From the NCBI GenBank assembly GCA_951406725.2, contig OX597814.1:35836001-35900000 (forward strand): a DNA stretch of 64,000 nt, in the 5' to 3' direction. Below are positions 1-14,321 of this stretch, one piece after another. Under the pieces are notes generated by a model. That model was not told the DNA's origin. It was given only the letters and a program-made list of their open reading frames with translations, and searched no databases. This DNA comes from Octopus vulgaris (Eukaryota). The position numbers and the translations under genes were made by a program. The number at the start of each line of letters is the position of its first letter. The first letter of the stretch is position 1.

Positions 1-409
1 ATCTTCAGTCTGTATGGATATTTAGACAGCATTGTTGGCTGTTTCACATGTCTGAGAATTTCAATTTCCTTCTGACTGAGAGGCATTTAGATATATAGGA
101 TTAGTGTACATGGTCTGTGTGATACGTGTGTAAGCGTGATATATTTTACAGCTGGGTGCAATGTGGAAAGGTAGACTGTGGTGTAGTTACGCAAACATGA
201 CTGAGCCAAGGGAAGGAGCATCCGAGGTGGAAGATGAGAAATTGTTGTTGGTGATAGCAAAAGTAGGGAAGCTAAGGTGAGTGTGTATATATGTGTATAT
301 GTATGCTCATATTTGCATATATTTAAGCATCTATATATGTACTTACGTATATACATTTGTTTAGGTATATATATATATATATATATCAGCATCTGAGCTG
401 AAACTAGAG

Positions 410-458
<49 letters not shown>

Positions 459-631
459 CTATACACACATATATAGATATGTGTGTGCATGCATATATGT
501 TATACAGACAGACATACCTTACTATTTCTGTGTTTTTCTTATATTTCTCCAGTAACAATCTACATGTCTCAGCAATATTAGTGTGTATTTTTGTATGCGT
601 GTATGCATATATATTTTATACGTAAAGACTA

Positions 632-664
<33 letters not shown>

Positions 665-1009
665 TGTATGTATGTATATACTCACATATATAGACATGAA
701 TGCAACAAAATATGTAACCCGTATATATAAGCACCCATAAATTTATACATATATGTATACATTTGTACATTCATACATATATATAAATTCATGTTCAAAG
801 GAAATCAGCTATCTTTTATCTATAACTTGCAAATATAAAACAAAATAAAAAGAAAAATCCACCTAACCTGCTACCCACGAAGCACTATACCTACCTACCT
901 ATCTACATGCATACATATATACACAGACACACATGTGTAAGAATGTAATGTATGTATGTATGTATACTATCTCTCTCTGTCTCTCTCTCTATCTATCTAT
1001 CTACCTATG

Positions 1010-1094
<85 letters not shown>

Positions 1095-1115
1095 GTGTAT
1101 ATATATATACATATA

Positions 1116-1148
<33 letters not shown>

Positions 1149-2707
1149 GCATTTCTACAAAATTAGAAATAATGGCCTAGTAATTTATGAACGACACCAA
1201 CGAAATAAAAATATTGGTTATTTTATCACAGGTCTGGCACTTTTGTAGTTGAGCAGTGATAAAATTATTAAGTAGCCTGCTCAATAGTTAAATCCATTTA
1301 AAGAAAAAGAAAAGAAGAAAAACACTATTTTTGAAATTACTTTGTAATAAGAACAATTTTATTTCTGCTTGTATGAGCATGAAGCTCAAGAAATTCAAAT
1401 GAAGGAAGATATTCTCTTTTGAAATCATCTTTGGTAGATCTTTAACCCTGCTTTAGTTATTGCTTGAAATTTTTTATTATTATTGTTGTTGTTGTTGTTA
1501 TTATTATTATTATTATCATTATATTATTATTATTATTATTATTATTACTATTATTATTATTATTATTATTTTTATCACCATCGTCGTCATCATCATCATC
1601 ATCATCATTATTGTCGTGTTAAGGTTTGGTTTTGAGTTTTGTTTTTCTATACTTGAGATTTTCGTTCAATAACTTCATTAGTCAATACTTTTCATCAATG
1701 TAGCCAAAGTCTAGTTTTTAAATGTGAACTTACCACTTTGTTGCTTATGTATTATAACTATAGCTCTTCACTATGTGTGTGTATGTGCATGTGTGTGTGC
1801 ATGTGCTTGTGCGTATGGATATATTTGTATATATATATGTATGTATGTATGTAGGTATTTCTTTTGAAAGTTAACAAATCAAGGGTGCTGCAATAGAGAA
1901 ATGGGGAAAATGAGGGTCTAATAAAGCTTGTAACTTGAAATTTATACCTGTGCTAGGAAAACTCAAAAGATAGAAATAGAAAAGGAAAAATAGATCAACA
2001 GAAAATACCAATGCGTAGAGTATATTGACGTGTGTATGTAGGTGTATCTTTAAGAGATAGGAAGGAGTAGTATACACCAAAACTTGGAATGAGAGAGGGA
2101 GAGAGAGGGAGAGGAAGAGGGGAGAGAGAGATGGCAAGTGATATGAATCTGTGAAAGAGAGAGGAAAGTGGAGGAAGATGAATATAAAATATGCATATAT
2201 TCTGTATGCATATGCAAGCGAGGTTGTAGAAGGAAGGAGTGAAAGGAAGAGAGAAAGGAAATAGAATACAGAATTTGTGGTTACGCCAAATTTGAGGTCA
2301 TACCAAATTTGAAGTTACTCTAATGTGGTGCAGCAATAAAAATCATCTGACCAACTGTAATTTTTCTTCTTTCTTTTTTTTTTATTTTGAAGCTCATTTC
2401 CTTTCAATGTAAACATAACTTTCAGTGGTTAAGTTAGTGTTAACATTTTTAAAGCAGGATGAACAAAAAAAAATAAAAAATAAAAAAATTATAACCAGAA
2501 TTCATCATATGGTCTGCAGAAAATAAATATTAGTTATTTACCAATGTTGTTTCAATTCTTCATGAAATTATGTAAGACATCTCTGGTCATGTTTTGGCCT
2601 TATTTTATCTATCTCCAGAGAAGTATAAACATCATTGCACTTGCTGATGTTGTATAAGGGAATTAGAACAAGAAAAATGTTAAGAGGGTGCTAGCTTACT
2701 TGATGTA

Positions 2708-3228
2708 TTTGGGTTGTCTGATTTTTAAAGGAAAGGAAAAGGTCAATAAATACTTGCCATTATATTTTTAATCAACCAAATATGAACCATTTTGTTGCAC
2801 AATACATCTCCATCTTTCCTTTAACTTGAAAATACTCTCTTCCCAGAATTGAGGTGGTTTCATGGCAAAAACTTCATCAAGGTATCTTTTTATATCATCC
2901 AAGGAATTGAAATTTTTACCATTAAGACTATTCTGCAGAGATCTGAATAAGTAAAAATCCGAAGGAGCAATATCTGGTGAATATGGAGAGTGGGATAACA
3001 CATCCCAGCTGAGCTGCAGAGATTTTTGTTTGGTTCCCAAAGCATCAAGAGCTGAAAATGAACTTTCTTATCTTCCATTTTAAAGGGTTACACAGGTTAT
3101 AGGAACATAAACCTTCTTCCACGAAAAGATAGCTTAAACTGTGCTCTAAAAGGAGTTGTAGTCAAATTTCTAAAATAAGTCAAAAGATAAGCTACTATAA
3201 ATCGGCACGAACTTTCCAGACAACCCAA
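2708..3228 (-). mobile_element. Internally deleted mariner (Tc1/mariner) DNA transposon
   Basis: Ends TA|TTTGGGTTGTCTG and CAGACAACCCAA|TA (inverted termini, TA flanks). Minus strand joins the transposase start MEDKKVHF directly to the C-terminus HSPYSPDIAPSDFYLFRSLQNSL...WRCIVQQNGSY (YSPDLAPSD motif). Confidence 0.9.
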
Positions 3229-3378
3229 TAATAAGGCAAGAAATTTTTATTAATTAGATTACACCCTTAATGATAAAAGGAATACCTAATTCTGCTAAAA
3301 ATAAAAGCAGGGGAGCCAAACACTAAATTTTAATTAAACAAGTAAATTAAATACGATGTGTAGTAGGAAATATGGTCT

Positions 3379-3607
3379 TTAACCCTTCTGATACCGAACC
3401 ACCTGAGACTGCCCCAGGGTCTATGACAGAACCTTATGGTTCTAAAGTGGTCTAAATTACAATTTTCTATCAACATTTTATGCTAACTTGCTCCAAACCT
3501 CCAGCTTAATAATGAGAAAGTTATTTTATGAAATACCTCATTGTTTCAAAAGTTAATTGAAATAAAGGCAGCATATGTTGACCAAAATATGGTAACAAAA
3601 GAGTTAA
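3379..3607. mobile_element. TTAA-flanked MITE (piggyBac-like), diverged
   Basis: TTAACCCTT...AAGAGTTAA ends; interior similar to copies at 22018 and 39956. Confidence 0.6.
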
Positions 3608-3836
3608 CAGTAAAGTGACAACTCTGGACATATATCTATGTTATTGGAACACCTCAGCAAACTATAATTTGTTGCTTCTAGATCTTTTAACAAGAGAATA
3701 TTATAAATCTTTTGTGAATAAACAGAAATAGTGGCATTATGAATTAAAAAGCCCAAGGTAATATGTGGCATAAAACTTCATAGTACATTGTACTCTAGTA
3801 TACTTGAAAAATTAATAAAATTATTGTTCTCATCAC

Positions 3837-4244
3837 TACTCTTTTACTCTTTTCTCTTTTACTTGTTTCAGTCATTTGACTGTGGCCATGCTGGAGCACC
3901 GCCTTTAGTCGAGCAAATCGACCCCGGGACTTATTCTTTGTTAACCCAGTACTTATTCTATCGGTCTCTTTTGCCGAACCGCTAAGTGACGGGGATGTAA
4001 ACACACCAGCATCGGTTGTCAAGCAATGCTAGAGGGACAAACACAAACACACACACACACACATATATATATACATATATACGACAGGCTTCTTTCAGTT
4101 TCTGTCTACCAAATCCACTCACAAGGCATTGGTCGGCTCGGGGCTATAGCAGAAGACACTTGCCCAAGATGCCATGCAGTGGGACTGAACCCGGAACCAT
4201 GTGGTTGGTTAGCAAGCTACTTACCACACAGCCACTCCTGCACC
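3837..4244 (-). mobile_element. tRNA-derived SINE family A
   Basis: Minus-strand head GGTGCAGGAGTGGCTGTGTGGTAAG...GGTTCAGTCCC (A/B-box-like), internal (TA/TG)n tract, (TAAAAGAG)n tail; more than 10 near-identical copies in the window. Confidence 0.9.
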
Positions 4245-4631
4245 TACTGTGTAATTTTAATTGGTAAGTACTTAGTTTACTGTGTCAAGCATACCTATTT
4301 ACCGTGGTGTTTATTATGTGCAGTAGTCTATGAATATTTTTTCCAAGTCATTCTTACTCTTTTACTTTTTTTTACTTGTTTCTGTTATTGGACTGTGACT
4401 ATTCTAAAGCATCCTGAAAAAGATTAGACAATCATATTCTCTCCAATATTTAAGCATGGTGGCCATTCCATACCCTTTCTTTTACTTTGAATGATTGTGT
4501 TATGGGGGACTTAAATAAGCCTACACACGTGGTCCAGTAATGAAAGACAAATGTGCATGTACGTACACACACATGCACACACACACATACTCACACACAC
4601 ACATACACAAATACACACACACACACACACA

Positions 4632-5534
4632 TACAAGTGAGAATCAAAAATTATGTAATTTTGTTTTTTCAGTATATTTACACAAAAGGAGATAAAAAGT
4701 ATGCTATTTTTCTGTATAGTTTCCCATCTTTTCTGTGCACTTGGTCCAGTGGTCCACAAGCTTGCATATTCCCTCCAAGAAGAAGGTTTTTGTTTGGTTG
4801 TGCAACCAATTATGCACACTTCATTCACTTCTTCATCCATAGGAAAGCAACGACCTCGTAAACCATCTTTGATGGTTTGATGGTGAAATCTGGGCTGTAG
4901 GCAAGGTGTTTCAGCATCTCAAAACTCAATTGGTAAATGGCTTTAATGGTGTGAGCATTCATTGTGATGCAACAACAAAACATTCTTTGATAACAGGCTT
5001 CAGAATTTGTTGCGAATTGCTGGCTTCAGTTTGTTGGCCAGCAAAGCTCTGTTTCTTCAGTGTTGATTGTACACACCTTTTACAGCCAGTCTTACAGCAT
5101 GAGCCCTTTTGAGTCCCAAAATGGGTTAGTATCACCTTTCCCATGGAAGACTGAGTTTTGAATTTTTCCGTCGCTGGTGAGCCAGGACATTTCCACTCCA
5201 TACTCTGTCTTTTGGATTCTGCCTCATAATGATGGACCCACGTTTCATCTTCTGTGACTATCCTGCTCAAATATTCCTCACCCTCATTATTGTAATGACT
5301 GAATAAACATTGGCAGACCTCAAGACGTTTGTGCTTGTGCTCTGCAGTAAACTCTCTTGGCACCCATCTTGCACAGACTTTATGGCCACTGTAAAGCCAG
5401 AAAGAAAAATGGTATGATCAGGTTCAAAATTTGATCATGTGACCACAATAGCACTAACTATAAGCATGCATGTGCAGAAGGCAGTATGACAATAATAAAG
5501 ATATGTTATGGCAAAAGTGTGGATAACTTTCCTC

Positions 5535-5538
<4 letters not shown>
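4632..5538 (-). mobile_element. Decayed mariner transposon
   Basis: ORF 4959-5363 carries RIVTEDETWVHHYE...RQSMEWK (mariner catalytic motif). TIR-like ends TACAAGTGAGAATCAAAAATTA and TGGATAACTTTCCTCATA. Frameshifts and stops. Confidence 0.85.
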
Positions 5539-5565
<27 letters not shown>

Positions 5566-5567
<2 letters not shown>

Positions 5568-6280
5568 CATCATCATCATTTAACATCCGTTTTCCGTGCT
5601 AGCACGGGTTGGATGGTTTGACCGGGGTCTGGGAAGCCAGGAGGCTGTGACAGGCTCCAGTCTGATCTGGCAGTGTTTATACAGCCGGATGCCCTGCCTA
5701 ATGCCAACCACTCCAAGAGTGTAGTGGGTGCTTTTCACGTGCTACCGGCACAATTCCATTTGATTTTTATTTCGATGTTGGTGTTGACGTACTTGACTCA
5801 ATAGGTCTCCTCAAGCACAGCAGGTCGCCCTATGAACCAAGGTTAGCCCAGCAGGTCATCCTGCGAGCCATGAACTTACTTCATTTGTCGGGTCTTCGAA
5901 GCCACAGCATATCTCCAGAGGTCTTGGTCTTTCATCATAGCCTCTGTGAGGCCCAATGTACGAAGGTCATTCTTGATCATCTCATCCCATGACTTCCTGA
6001 GTCTACCTCTACCCCAGATTCCTTCAATAGTTTGGGAGTGGCACTTCTTCACACATCTCTCCTCATCCATCCGTAGTACATGACCATACCAACACAAACG
6101 TCTCTCCTGCATGCCACATCCGATGCTTCTTATGTCCAACATTTCTCTCAAGGTGCTTACACTCTGTTGTGCATGGTCACCGACATTACACATCCAGCGG
6201 ATCATGCTAGTTTCATTTCTTTCTAGCCTATGCATGTCCTCCACAGTCACAGACCATGTTTCACTGCCGTGAAGCATGGC
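5566..6280 (-). mobile_element. 5'-truncated RTE/BovB-type LINE (RT C-terminus, 3'UTR, (TGA)n tail)
   Basis: ORF 5876-6277 MLHGSETW...MIRWMCNV...RRLCWYGHVLRM...GRGRLRKSW is the RTE C-terminal region; followed by the 3'UTR shared with many short copies and a TTAAATGATGATG tail. Confidence 0.9.
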
Positions 6281-6998
6281 AGTTCACACACATGTGAACT
6301 GCCATGTATATATACCAGGAGAATGGAGATTTACACATCCATAATTTATTATACAGTTATTATCAGCATTCTTCCCTTGGATTACTATACTTTCACACAA
6401 TTTACAGCAACCGAATTCATCTACAAGGCAGTAGTCAACCTGGGGCTATATTAGATGACACTCACTGAAAGTGCTGTGGATTAGAGGCAAATCCAAAGCC
6501 ATAATGTTTGGCAGAAAACAAAATTGTATAGAGAATAAATTACTCTCATATATTTCCTGTTAGCCTTTTGACACCACTCGCATTAACCATGTTAACTGCA
6601 GTTAATTAATGGTTTTACATTCAGTTAACGTCATTGTGTAATAAACTCTCAACGGCTGAATTCATCTTTCTCTAAATATTTTGTGGTTTATTTGTTTAAG
6701 GACTGCTCTGATTGAACAAACTAATGATCAAAGATATTTTATTCATGACCATCCCTTCATATATTCAAGCACAGTGAAACACAAGGCTTCCATGTAATTA
6801 AGTGTAAGGTAAACTATAAACTTTGCAGAAGTTCAACTTCTCTTCTTACATATAGTACAAACTGTACAATTCAGATATGACAAAATTAATTTCTAACATG
6901 AGAACTGTGCCACAAATTGTGGGAGAATGTACATCGAATTAAATCAGCCTTAGTACTTAACTGGTATTGTATTTTAACCACCCTGTCTGGATGAAAGG

Positions 6999-7541
6999 TG
7001 AAGGCACATGGCTTAGTGGTTAGGGCATTTGGCTCACAATTGTAAGGTCATGAGTTCAATTCCCAGTAACATATTGTTATTTCTTTACTGCCCACAAGGG
7101 GCTACACACAGAGAGGACAAACAAGGACAGACAAATGGATTAAATCGATTATATCGACCCCAGTGCATCACTGGTACTCATTTAATCGACCCCGAAAGGA
7201 TGAAAGGCAAAGTCGACCTCGGTGGAATTTGAACTCAGAACTAAGCATTTTGCCTGGTGTGCTAACGTTTCTGCCATCTCACCACCTTAAACTTATTGTG
7301 TCCTTGAGCAACACACTATATTTCACATTGCTACAGTGCACCCAGCTGGCAAAAATGAGTTGTACCTGTATTTCAAAGGGTCAGCCCTGTCACACCGGGT
7401 TATGTTGAATCTCCCTGAGGACTATGTTAAGGGTTCATGTGTCTGTGGAGTGCTCAGCCACATGCATGTTAGTTTCACGAGCAGGTTGCTCTTTTGATCA
7501 AATCAAATTGAACCCTCGTTGTTGTAACTAATGGAGTGCAA
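6999..7541 (+). mobile_element. tRNA-derived SINE family C variant, interrupted by a family B SINE
   Basis: GGCACATGGCTTAGTGGTTAG...GAGTTCAATTCC head; body TGTGTCCTTGAGCAACACACT resumes at about 7292; related to the copy at 35095. Confidence 0.75.
7077..7288 (-). mobile_element. tRNA-derived SINE family B (nested)
   Basis: Reverse complement of GGTGGTGAGATGGCAGAAACGTTAGC...GAGTTCAAATTCC...GACTTTGCCTTTCATCCTTTCGGGGTCGAT...GTGGGCAGTAAAGAAATA. Confidence 0.85.
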
Positions 7542-8129
7542 GTTAGTTATTTGGACAAAAAGCACAGTTGAACTTGTGAAGACTTAAACTCAGAATATGA
7601 AACATTTGAAGCTAAACACCACCAGACAATCTTCTTCAATGCTCTAAAGATATGTGAATCCACTACCCTGGAATAATGCTTTACAATCAACTAGAAATCC
7701 TTTCCAATCAACTAGAGACTCTTTATATTTGGACACTACAAAGATCATCTAATTATGAAGTAATTTTCTTGAAAGAGTCCAAGCTTTCTTAAACATCTAA
7801 CAAGAGTGAATATATTCAGATGTAAAATGAAGTAAAGATACTGACTTCAAGGTATAACAGCTCATTAAGAAAATAGATATCGGCTTTGTAGTCACTATCT
7901 ATTTTCTTAATGAGGTGTTACAGCTCTTTTTATTTATGTTCTTGTTCTGATGTATTTCTAGTTAATTCAGTATAATTCTATATCGTTTGTGGTAACATAT
8001 TTTAAGCCTTAAAATATAGAAGATTTCTTTGGAGTTGACACTCAGTCATATTTTGTAGCATAATAAAATAATTACTTCAAGCACTTTATGATACTACTGT
8101 AACATATTGCCTGGAAGTTAAAAAAGAAA

Positions 8130-8650
8130 GCAGGAAATACTTTCAGCTACCCTGGCAGCCACATAGTATCTATAGAAGCAGCTGTTAAGCAATATGTTAG
8201 CTAAGGTTTGGCAGCACTTAAAATGTCAGCCTAATATGGAAATCTAAGCTCTCGGAGAATCTGAAAAGAACTTCTTCCACTCAGTCATTCAATCTGTATT
8301 ACTTTATAGCTCTTTGGCCTGGACATAAACCATAACACTTGAAACAATACTATATGGCACTTATGCACACATATTACATACCATTTTGAATGTGTCCTGG
8401 AAAAAATACTTCACTGAAGGCAAATTGTACAATGATCTTTCATAAGTATTAAATAGCATTTTAGAATGAAGAGCTGTCTTTGCTGGACACTGTTGGATTA
8501 GGAAGGATTTTAGTGTTACCCCACTTTGTAATTTCACTGAGCAGTGATTAGTTAAGAGATGACACTAGATATCACTGAGAGAAGCTATCACCCACCATGA
8601 AAGACAAAGATGAGTGGAGGATGAGAGCTATGCATATCTGAGCAAGGGTG
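8130..8650 (+). mobile_element. Old RTE-clade LINE relic (RT C-terminus)
   Basis: Frameshifted translation FSYPGSHI...IWKSKLSENLK...FFHSVIQSVLLYSS.AWT...LYGTYAHILHTILNVSWK...FAGHCW matches the RTE consensus. Confidence 0.75.
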
Positions 8651-9902
8651 TTCATTGACTATTGTGCTATTGTTGGAGTGTTGATAATTTGTTTAAAATA
8701 CCAAGCATAAAAAAAAAGATACAATTAAATACCACAAAGCATTTTCCCAACACTCCAATCTGTCTGCAAGTTCATAACATATAAACATCTTTTTTTAATA
8801 TGGGCAGCACAAGACCTCAACAATTGGAGAAGGGGCATAGTGAAATAAAAATAAATGCAGATTTTTGCCTTTACTTGCTTAACAAACAATAGAAAGGATA
8901 GCTAAATATTACGGTTCATTTTATTTGATACTCTACCAATTTAGCCAATCCATCTCATCAAAATATTGATAACAAGCCATAACATTTTTTTATTACAATA
9001 ACAAAATTAATTTAATTAAATTAAAAATCATTTTTGTTTTATTGTATTTATGATTCACAGAAATAAAAGTAAAGGGGAAACAGCAAAAATATTACCATTA
9101 ATTTCCTTGTTGCTTTCTTTATGTTTTTCATAATGATTATCATTTAGTCAAATGACTTAAATTTGGTATTAGTACTATTAACCAAATTAATGGGGAACGA
9201 AACCAAAGAGAAAACAACTGAACCAGATTTGAATACTAACATGAAATTTTGAGCTGATTTATGTAATATGATTAAACTTAGATTACTTAAAAAACAGTTT
9301 TCAGGAACCAAAATGCCTTCAAATTATTTTTATTGAAACCCATTTCACTTGTGAAAACTGTGTATATATTGGTGGAGAATATGTGTGTGTGAGTGTGTGT
9401 GTGTAAGCAAAAGCAATATTTGTGGTAGATTGATGTTTTGAATTATGAATACAGTTTGAAGAATGAACTTAAAAGTACTTGTGGCCTAATCTCAAATAAA
9501 ATATATAGAAAAGGATTAAATGAAATTGCCATATGACCTTAATTCTATAATAATGTTGACAGAATACTGAAAGATTTAATATATTCTTTTTTTTTTTTCA
9601 AAATCAAGTGATTTAATAATCTGGAAAATTTTGTCTTGAACACTCTTATTGCTTTAGTAGTGACCCAGAAAATGTTGCTATCAGCTATTATGACAAATCA
9701 TGCAGGACACTGAATTGACAGACTCATAAGAGCATTGACCTAAAGGTCAGGTTTGCAATTTCTTCTTGTGTAGTTGTGATGCAGAGGGTGATCCAAGATT
9801 TTAGGATGATGCTCTGGCAGTGAAGAAGGAAGTGATGCCACATAATGAAACAAGCTTTTGAACAGTCTCTTTCTTGGACGAGTAGCCAGTGTGAACAGAT
9901 GT

Positions 9903-10297
9903 CTCTTTTACTCTTTTACTTGTTTCAGTCATTTGACTGTGGCCATGCTGGAGCACCGCCTTTAGTCGAGCAAATCGACCCCAGGACTTATTCTTTGGAA
10001 GCCTAGTACTTATTCTATCAGTCTCTTTTGCCGAACCACTAAGTTACAGGGATGTAAATACACCAGCATTGGTTGTAAAGTGATGTTGGGGGTACAAACA
10101 CAGACACACACATTCATATACATATACATATATATGACAGGCTTCTTTCAGTTTCCATCTACCAAATCCACTCACAAGGCTTTGGTCGGCCTGAGGCTAT
10201 AGTAGAAGACACTTGCCCAAGGTGCCATGCAGTGGGACTGAACTCGGAACCATGTGGTTGGTAAATAAGCTACTTACCACACAGCCACTCCTGCACC
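9903..10297 (-). mobile_element. SINE family A
   Basis: Full-length match to the 3837-4244 copy. Confidence 0.9.
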
Positions 10298-12499
10298 TAT
10301 ATGTGTGTAAGAAGTTTTGATGTATTGTAGAGTTCTGACAAGGAGGTTTGGGTTAGTGAACATACAGGGTCTCACATCAAGTTCCACTCAGATTGTAGAG
10401 TAGTTCTCGTTTTTGCAGTTGTTTCATCAATCCAAGTTAAGAGCCTTTATTTTACCATCCTTCATATTTCGGTGGTCATTAAAATAAAGTACTGGTCAAA
10501 AACTGGAATCAACTTAATTGTTAGTACACATGCCAAACAATCAATGTGTTGCTCTTTGACTATGTGTTACAAAATCAATATCATGGTTAGTCATTTAATA
10601 AGCCATGTGAATATGTTTTTCTGTATCTGCAAGGCATCAAATAGCAAAAGAAGGGAGGGAGGAAAAATAGACAAAAAAGCCAGATAGATAGTCAGCAAGT
10701 GAGGAACAGATGGAGTGAACGCAGCAAATGTAAACAGAAGCTATGATATTCACTCATTGTTCAATTATAACATATTATCCAATAAATTTTAGTCTTTTGC
10801 ATCCAATATTTTCTACAATACAAATTCTTTCTTTTCTTTTTTTATCTTGTTAAAAAATCTTTAAATTATTTTTTAAATGATTAATGTAACAATTAGCAGA
10901 GGAATTAACAAGAAACTAGCCTTCTGTGCAATAATTCACCATGTTATTAATACTGCAATAAACTATATGAAAACTTCTGTGTGTCAAGTCAAGGAGATTA
11001 TCAATATAGCTGTTCATCACTTTTTCAAACAATATCGATCACAATATGGTATTATTTAATTATTTTTGTTTGCCTTTTTTCTCATTTATAGATGTTATTT
11101 TAATATTTTATTCTTTTCTTTCTTGGCATGTCATAGTTGCATTTTCCTTTTAATGTTCTTTCTTATTTGATGTTTTTTATGTTCCCATAGTTTCTTTCTA
11201 TGTTTATATATTTTTCTATTTATTTATGCAATAAAATGCAAAGAAATACATTGTAAAAAGATAAAAAAAAAGTATTGTTTTGATGCTGTCAACATAGGAT
11301 TTTAATGAATCTACAACTCCAGGTCTATTGAAAGTGTTAAAGATTGCTGTCCAAAGAAGCACAGAAAAAAAAAAGCAACTGCTCTTTGTTCTTTGTTTCA
11401 TTCAGAGTAAAAGAACAAATAGCTCTTCAATATTGCCTAAGAAATAGAGAAACATATATTGCAATAATATATATTTATTAATCATAAATATGCATAATTT
11501 TAATTGGATACATTGGATTACATATCCCTAGAAATCCTCTAGTAAGATGAGTTGGTCCTATCTGAAATGTTCAGTCAGTCATGACATGGAACTAAATAAC
11601 AACAATGTAGGAGGCAAGACAATTCTTGTGCTTATGTTATGAATCAGGGCTTGGCAGATTGGTGGAATGAGTAAAGCAGGGGGGAAAAAGAGATAAAACA
11701 ATATTTAATCATGTTTCTTAATGTCCTTCGCTCAAAATCCATTGATGTCAATTGCATTTTTCATTCTTCCAGGGTTGATAAAATAAACATCAATAAAGTA
11801 TACACCCCTCCTTTGTGCTTTTGCTAGAAATCAATAATACGTGTGATGATCAATTCCTATTGTACTTTTATAAATTGTTAAGTCACAAATATCAATGTTG
11901 AAATTGGCTGGAAGATTCTGTTTAGCCACCAGTTGGATTTCGTTTCCATTACATTGCCAATGCATTTGGGAAAGCCATGAATATCTAAATATTCCATTTC
12001 TTCTCTTTTGAGACTTTATTTTAAATTAACAAAGCTAGGATGGGACCAGCGTATTAATTTGTAATTTCTTGATACATGTGTTTATCCTGGCTTTTAGAAT
12101 AGGTACACCATATATCTGCTTGTTATAAGAAGCAATCAAAATAGCTAGGATCAGAAACAGTCTCTGGTTGTAAAACCCTATTTGATGAAACCCATCCAAT
12201 ACCTACCAGCATGGAAAAACATATATAAAACTTATCATATTTGCCACAGGGGTGTTTGGTGAAGGGAGCATTGCAAAGAAATATTACGAGTGGAGGGTTG
12301 CATAAAAATATTGAAGGAACAAGGAAAAGAAGAGAGAAGTAAGATAAAAAGTACACAGTATACGAGATATGTGAATATGTGTATGAAACAGTCCTCTTGA
12401 TACAGAAGAGACTCCAACTAGAGATAATCAAGGAATCTACTGATCTAATATCATTCTAATCACTAAGGGCATGTGCCTTCACCTAATTATTGTTTTCTA

Positions 12500-14320
12500 A
12501 TCTACATTCTGCCTCGCTCTGTTCCCCTTATCTACAGACTGAATAATGCTAAGAGAGGGTATAAGATCTTTGACTAGAAAATTAACCATCTACTCTATAT
12601 GGATGATCTAAAAGTGTTTGCCAAAACCGACAAAGAATTAGAAGAGCTCTTGAATATTGTCAAAGAATTCAGCTCTGATATAGGTATGGGATTCATTTTT
12701 TATATAAATTTGCAAAGGCTACTTTCAAGGCAGGGAAGTTCATAAAGGAAGAAACCATAGAACTTGATACTACCACAGCTATTCGAAACCTAGACCAATC
12801 TGGAATTCATTGAAGGTGATGGTATCCAGCACTCTAAAATGAAAGAGAAAACCTGCAAGGAATTCTACCAAAAGGTAAGAATGATCCTAAACTCAGAATT
12901 AAATGCTGCTAACAGAATTAATGTGATCAATTCTTTGGCCATACCAGTAACCACATATAACTTTGGTGTCATTAAGTGGAGTCTCACTGACATGCAGAAT
13001 TTGGATGGAAAGATCTGCAAAATCTTTACAAGGTGCTGAATACATCATCCAAAATCAGATGTAGACAGGATTTATCTCCCAAGAAAAATAAGTGGAAGAG
13101 GCCTAATACAGCTCGAACAATCCTTCAAATCAGCAATAATAGTCCTTGAAGCATACCTTAATGCAACAAGTGATATGCTTTTACGAACTGCACTGAAGCA
13201 TGAAGATTCCAAGCAAGCTTCAGTAATGAAGCTGAGTCAGAAATTTTAAAAGCTTCTTGGCCTACAAGTTAATAAAAAAGACCAAAGACACCCAAATACT
13301 GACAGACCATTGCTTCTCCTGATTTATAAACTAAAAATTAGAAAGACGAAAGGTATCCAAATAGTGACAAACTTATAATTGATGCAAAAAACATTTTAAA
13401 AAATGCAAAGAAGGCTTGCATGAATAATATCGAAGACAACTGGAAAGGTAAGCTCCTGCATGGAAAATACCCTAACTGTCTGTCAAAGCCAGATATTGAT
13501 AAAAATCTAACATATCAATGGCTACAAGGGATAGGTCTGAAAGGGGAAACAGAAGGTTTTGTCATTGCAGTGCAAGATCAGAGCTTACCTACCAGAATCT
13601 ACCCTACAAACGTCCTTAAAGATGGATCTGACCCCTCATGCAGAATTTGCAGAAAATTCGCTGCCCAGTCCTTGCTGAAAGGGAGTACCTCGTAAGACAT
13701 GACAGACTAGGGCAGTACATCCACTGGAATGCTTGTAAATACTACAAAATTAAATCCCATGTTAAGTGGTACAGGCACCATCAAGAGGATGTAGTAAATG
13801 GTGAGAGCATCACCATCTTTGGAACTTTCAAATACAAACAGACAGAAAAATTGACTCCAGTCGACCAGACATTGTGATCAAAGACTACAACAGAGGAACT
13901 TGTCTGTTAATAGATAGGTATTTCCCACAAGACTAAAATGTCGCAAGAAAGGAATATGAAAAGCTTTCTCACTATAAAGATCTGTAAATTGAAATCACAA
14001 AAACATGGAAGCTTAGTACTACGATCATACCAGTATTAATTGGTGCATTGGGAATGATAAAGAAGGGAGCTGAAAAGTATATTAAGCAACTCCCATGTAT
14101 CTCCAGTCTCCGTAAACTACAAAAGATAACCTTTGTGGATACAACCCACATACTACTGAAAGCACTCTCCTTCTAAAATGGAATAAATGTGGTGATAACT
14201 TTAGCATGCATAGCAAAACATAAGTGCCCTTGCTACTCTTGGCCTCTGGAGGATGCCTGGACCTAAGGCAGATGAAATAAAGTTATAATGAAAGGAACCC
14301 ATAATTGATAATAATAATAA
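12500..14320 (+). mobile_element. 5'-truncated R4/Dong-type non-LTR retrotransposon (RT + REL endonuclease), pseudogenised
   Basis: INHLLYMDDLKVFAK near 12580, LKGETEGFVIAVQDQSL, CRIC, RHDRLGQYIHWNAC, PDIVIKD; ends in (TAA)n at 14300-14320; multiple stops and frameshifts. Confidence 0.9.
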
Positions 14321-14321
14321 C

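Noticed and set aside
518-559. Possible 42-nt minus-strand exon with AAG|GTATGT donor
   Set aside because: No polypyrimidine tract at the acceptor and no recognisable peptide.
4016-4427. Recurrent ORFs such as ...[23 protein letters not shown]... and ...YQIHSQGFG...[19 protein letters not shown]
   Set aside because: Antisense translations of SINE A copies, not a gene family.
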